DNA of 64,000 nt from NCBI GenBank assembly GCA_934167875.1, contig CAKPMC010000006.1:16646-80645 (forward strand), written 5' to 3'. The translations under genes were made by a program, and so were the position numbers. Shown here one piece after another: positions 62,094 through 64,000 of the stretch. How positions within the stretch are numbered: the first letter of the stretch is position 1; the number at the start of each line of letters is the position of its first letter. The notes below the pieces were generated by a model. That model did no database searches and had not been told where the DNA came from. It worked only from the letters and a program-made list of their open reading frames with translations. Origin of the DNA: an uncultured Bacilli bacterium. GTDB taxonomy: Bacteria > Bacillota_I > Bacilli_A > RF39 > UBA660.

Positions 62094-62834
62094 TTAATTA
62101 TTAATAATCATATCATCAGTAATTAATTTTTTTAACTTATTTTTTCTATGTTCTGTTAACAATTTAACATCATACTGTCCAACTCGAATAACGCTATTAT
62201 TCCAATCTAAATAATTAATGTTATCCAAATTAATGATACAACTTCTATGAATTTTGAAAAAATGTGGATCATCCTCCAGTTTTTTACCTATCTGAATAAT
62301 ACTTTCATTAATTTTATATGAATTATACTTGGTATAAAGAAAAGTATAATTATCATTTAAATCTTTTTCAAAGTAACATACATCGTCATAATGCACATGA
62401 AATACTTCACCATTATATTGGAAAGTATAATTATTAAAATCATTAACTATTCCATATATTATATCAAGTGTTTCAATAAGTCTTTTTTCAACAGGTTCTC
62501 TTTTACATATAAAATCAAGCATTAAAACTTTACTAGTAAATCCAGTATTTCTAAGATAAGAATAACTGGTAATAACTATTAAAGGGCTCATCCAATCGCC
62601 GCTTTCTCTAATATTACGTGCCAAATCAAGCCCAGATTTACCAGGTACTTCAATATCCATAATATATATTTTTTTACCAGAAATATTCCTAAATTTAGTT
62701 TCCAAGTTTTTACTATAATGGTCAAATATATACAACTTTATATCTTGCTTCTTACTTTTGAAGTAACGATTTAAAGCTTTCTTGTATAAATTCTGCATAT
62801 TTCTACTATCTTCATAAATTATAATGTTAATCAT
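62094..62834 (-). CDS. LytTR-family (AgrA/LytR-type) two-component response regulator
   Basis: Receiver domain (DIEVPGKSGLDLA) and C-terminal LytTR domain (...FFKIHRSCIINLDNI...). Confidence 0.7.
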   Translation of the reverse strand: MINIIIYEDSRNMQNLYKKALNRYFKSKKQDIKLYIFDHYSKNLETKFRNISGKKIYIMDIEVPGKSGLDLARNIRESGDWMSPLIVITSYSYLRNTGFTSKVLMLDFICKREPVEKRLIETLDIIYGIVNDFNNYTFQYNGEVFHVHYDDVCYFEKDLNDNYTFLYTKYNSYKINESIIQIGKKLEDDPHFFKIHRSCIINLDNINYLDWNNSVIRVGQYDVKLLTEHRKNKLKKLITDDMIINN

Positions 62835-62968
62835 ATTGCTTCAACTCCAAAAAAATTCTAACATATTTACTTCAAAGCAACTAAATAACCATACGAAAGG
62901 TCAAAAATAGTTGCTTTTTTGTATAAAAAATAATATAAAAAGGCATATATTTAACTAGGTGAGACAAT

Positions 62969-63634
62969 ATGACCTTAAAGAAATATAGTTTAATAATTAT
63001 TTTACTATTTATATTAGGACTATGTTTATTAATAAAAGTAGATGCATCCATTAATGAACTACCACTTCTAGGTAGAGTTATCTTTGTAGACCCAGGACAT
63101 GGTGGCAGAGACCCTGGTACCAGTTATGGAAAAATAGAAGAAAAAGATATTGTATTAGAAATATCAAAAAAATTAAGAGATGAGTTAATGGAAAAAGGAG
63201 CAATAGTTTATATGACTAGAGAATCAGATGATGATTTATCTAGTAAATGGGATACCAAAAAGAAAAGAGGTGATTTATATCGTCGCATTCTCATGTATAA
63301 AAAATATAATGCCGAACTCTACTTATCAATACATATAAATTATTATAGTAATACCAAAGAACAGGGTGCCGAAGTACTATATAATTCTATAAATCCTGAA
63401 AATAAAATTTTTGGCGAAATACTTATGAATAATTTTAAAACTAAATTAGGTTCTAAAAGAATTTTAAAAAAAACCGACTTATATATGTACAAAAATACTA
63501 CCACCCCGGGTGTATTAATAGAGTGTGGTTTCTTATCAAATCCCAATGAACGCTACCTCATGCAAAAATCATCTTATCAAAAAAAACTATCCGAAATAAT
63601 AACGGATAGTGTTATAACGTATTTTAATAGTTAA
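62969..63634 (+). CDS. cwlD: N-acetylmuramoyl-L-alanine amidase CwlD-like (Amidase_3)
   Basis: Signal/TM, then VDPGHGGRDPG ... HINY Amidase_3 motifs. Conserved position downstream of rpsI as in Bacillus. Confidence 0.75.
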   Translation: MTLKKYSLIIILLFILGLCLLIKVDASINELPLLGRVIFVDPGHGGRDPGTSYGKIEEKDIVLEISKKLRDELMEKGAIVYMTRESDDDLSSKWDTKKKRGDLYRRILMYKKYNAELYLSIHINYYSNTKEQGAEVLYNSINPENKIFGEILMNNFKTKLGSKRILKKTDLYMYKNTTTPGVLIECGFLSNPNERYLMQKSSYQKKLSEIITDSVITYFNS

Positions 63635-64000
63635 CCTTTTCTAAATAAGTATTAGGATAATAATGGGAAATAATTTGTTTATAATTATAACCAGCCTTAG
63701 CCATAGCTTCAGCCCCATATTTACTTAAACCAAGTCCATGTCCATGCCCACGTGTAGTAAATGTAGTATAAGTATCTTCTACACTAACTGTAAAATCATT
63801 AGAATCAAGTCCCAATCTTTTACCTAGAATAAGTCCATCAAAAACTTTATCATTAAACTTAATATATTTAACCCTATGACCAATAGTTTTCATAAGTATT
63901 TCTATCTTAGTATCTTTAGTAATAGGCATATTAAGCAATTTACTTAAATAACTATTAGGAACAACTCTTCTACTTACAAGATCATTACTAGTTTCCCAAT
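63624..64000 (-). CDS. SpoIID/LytB-domain protein, C-terminal part (gene continues beyond the window end)
   Basis: TTRGHGHGLGLSKYGAEAMAKAGYNYKQIISHYYPNTYL. The reading frame stays open upstream to position 64000. Confidence 0.65.
   Translation of the reverse strand, partial: WETSNDLVSRRVVPNSYLSKLLNMPITKDTKIEILMKTIGHRVKYIKFNDKVFDGLILGKRLGLDSNDFTVSVEDTYTTFTTRGHGHGLGLSKYGAEAMAKAGYNYKQIISHYYPNTYLEKVNY

Overview
This is a low-GC (about 27-30%) window from a spore-forming Firmicute that uses the standard genetic code, since TGA terminates ftsX and the tpiA-like gene. Spo0A, WhiA, CwlD and a SpoIID-like gene are present. Most of the window is housekeeping: a 1524-bp head of tandem YitT-family membrane proteins, ftsE-ftsX plus an M23 coiled-coil peptidase, uvrB and uvrA, lgt, trxB, yvcK, whiA, clpP, gap-pgk with an interrupted tpiA-like gene, spo0A, two sigma-70 paralogs, gpmI, the S10-spc-alpha ribosomal cluster (rpsJ to rplQ, no rpmD or map), an ECF energizing module, truA-rplM-rpsI, cwlD and a SpoIID-like gene. 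The most unusual region is about 7 kb of accessory DNA between the ftsEX-M23 operon and uvrB. It holds three tandem copies of the uvrB promoter plus 5' coding region (two are truncated pseudogene copies cut at the same codon, and the third is the intact gene). The copies alternate with unrelated cargo genes and are bounded by a conserved direct-repeat core (AAATTTGTGGCCGAAATTCGTAT) that occurs with or without a 13-bp-stem hairpin. No recombinase is visible, so the mechanism is open. Other points of note follow. A C5G10 homopolymer sits in the 19-bp spacer of a consensus promoter upstream of a membrane-anchored surface protein, a candidate phase-variation switch; that gene is also flanked by identical 23-24-bp perfect palindromes. 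A bacterial serpin lies next to a GDPD-like protein whose catalytic motifs are substituted. A radical-SAM/SPASM gene is translationally coupled to uvrB. Two tandem sigma-70 paralogs share a non-canonical N-terminal domain and lie next to spo0A, which has 0A boxes. The EcfA1/EcfA2 ATPase motifs are degenerate. All calls come from reading the sequence and ORF translations; no database searches were run.
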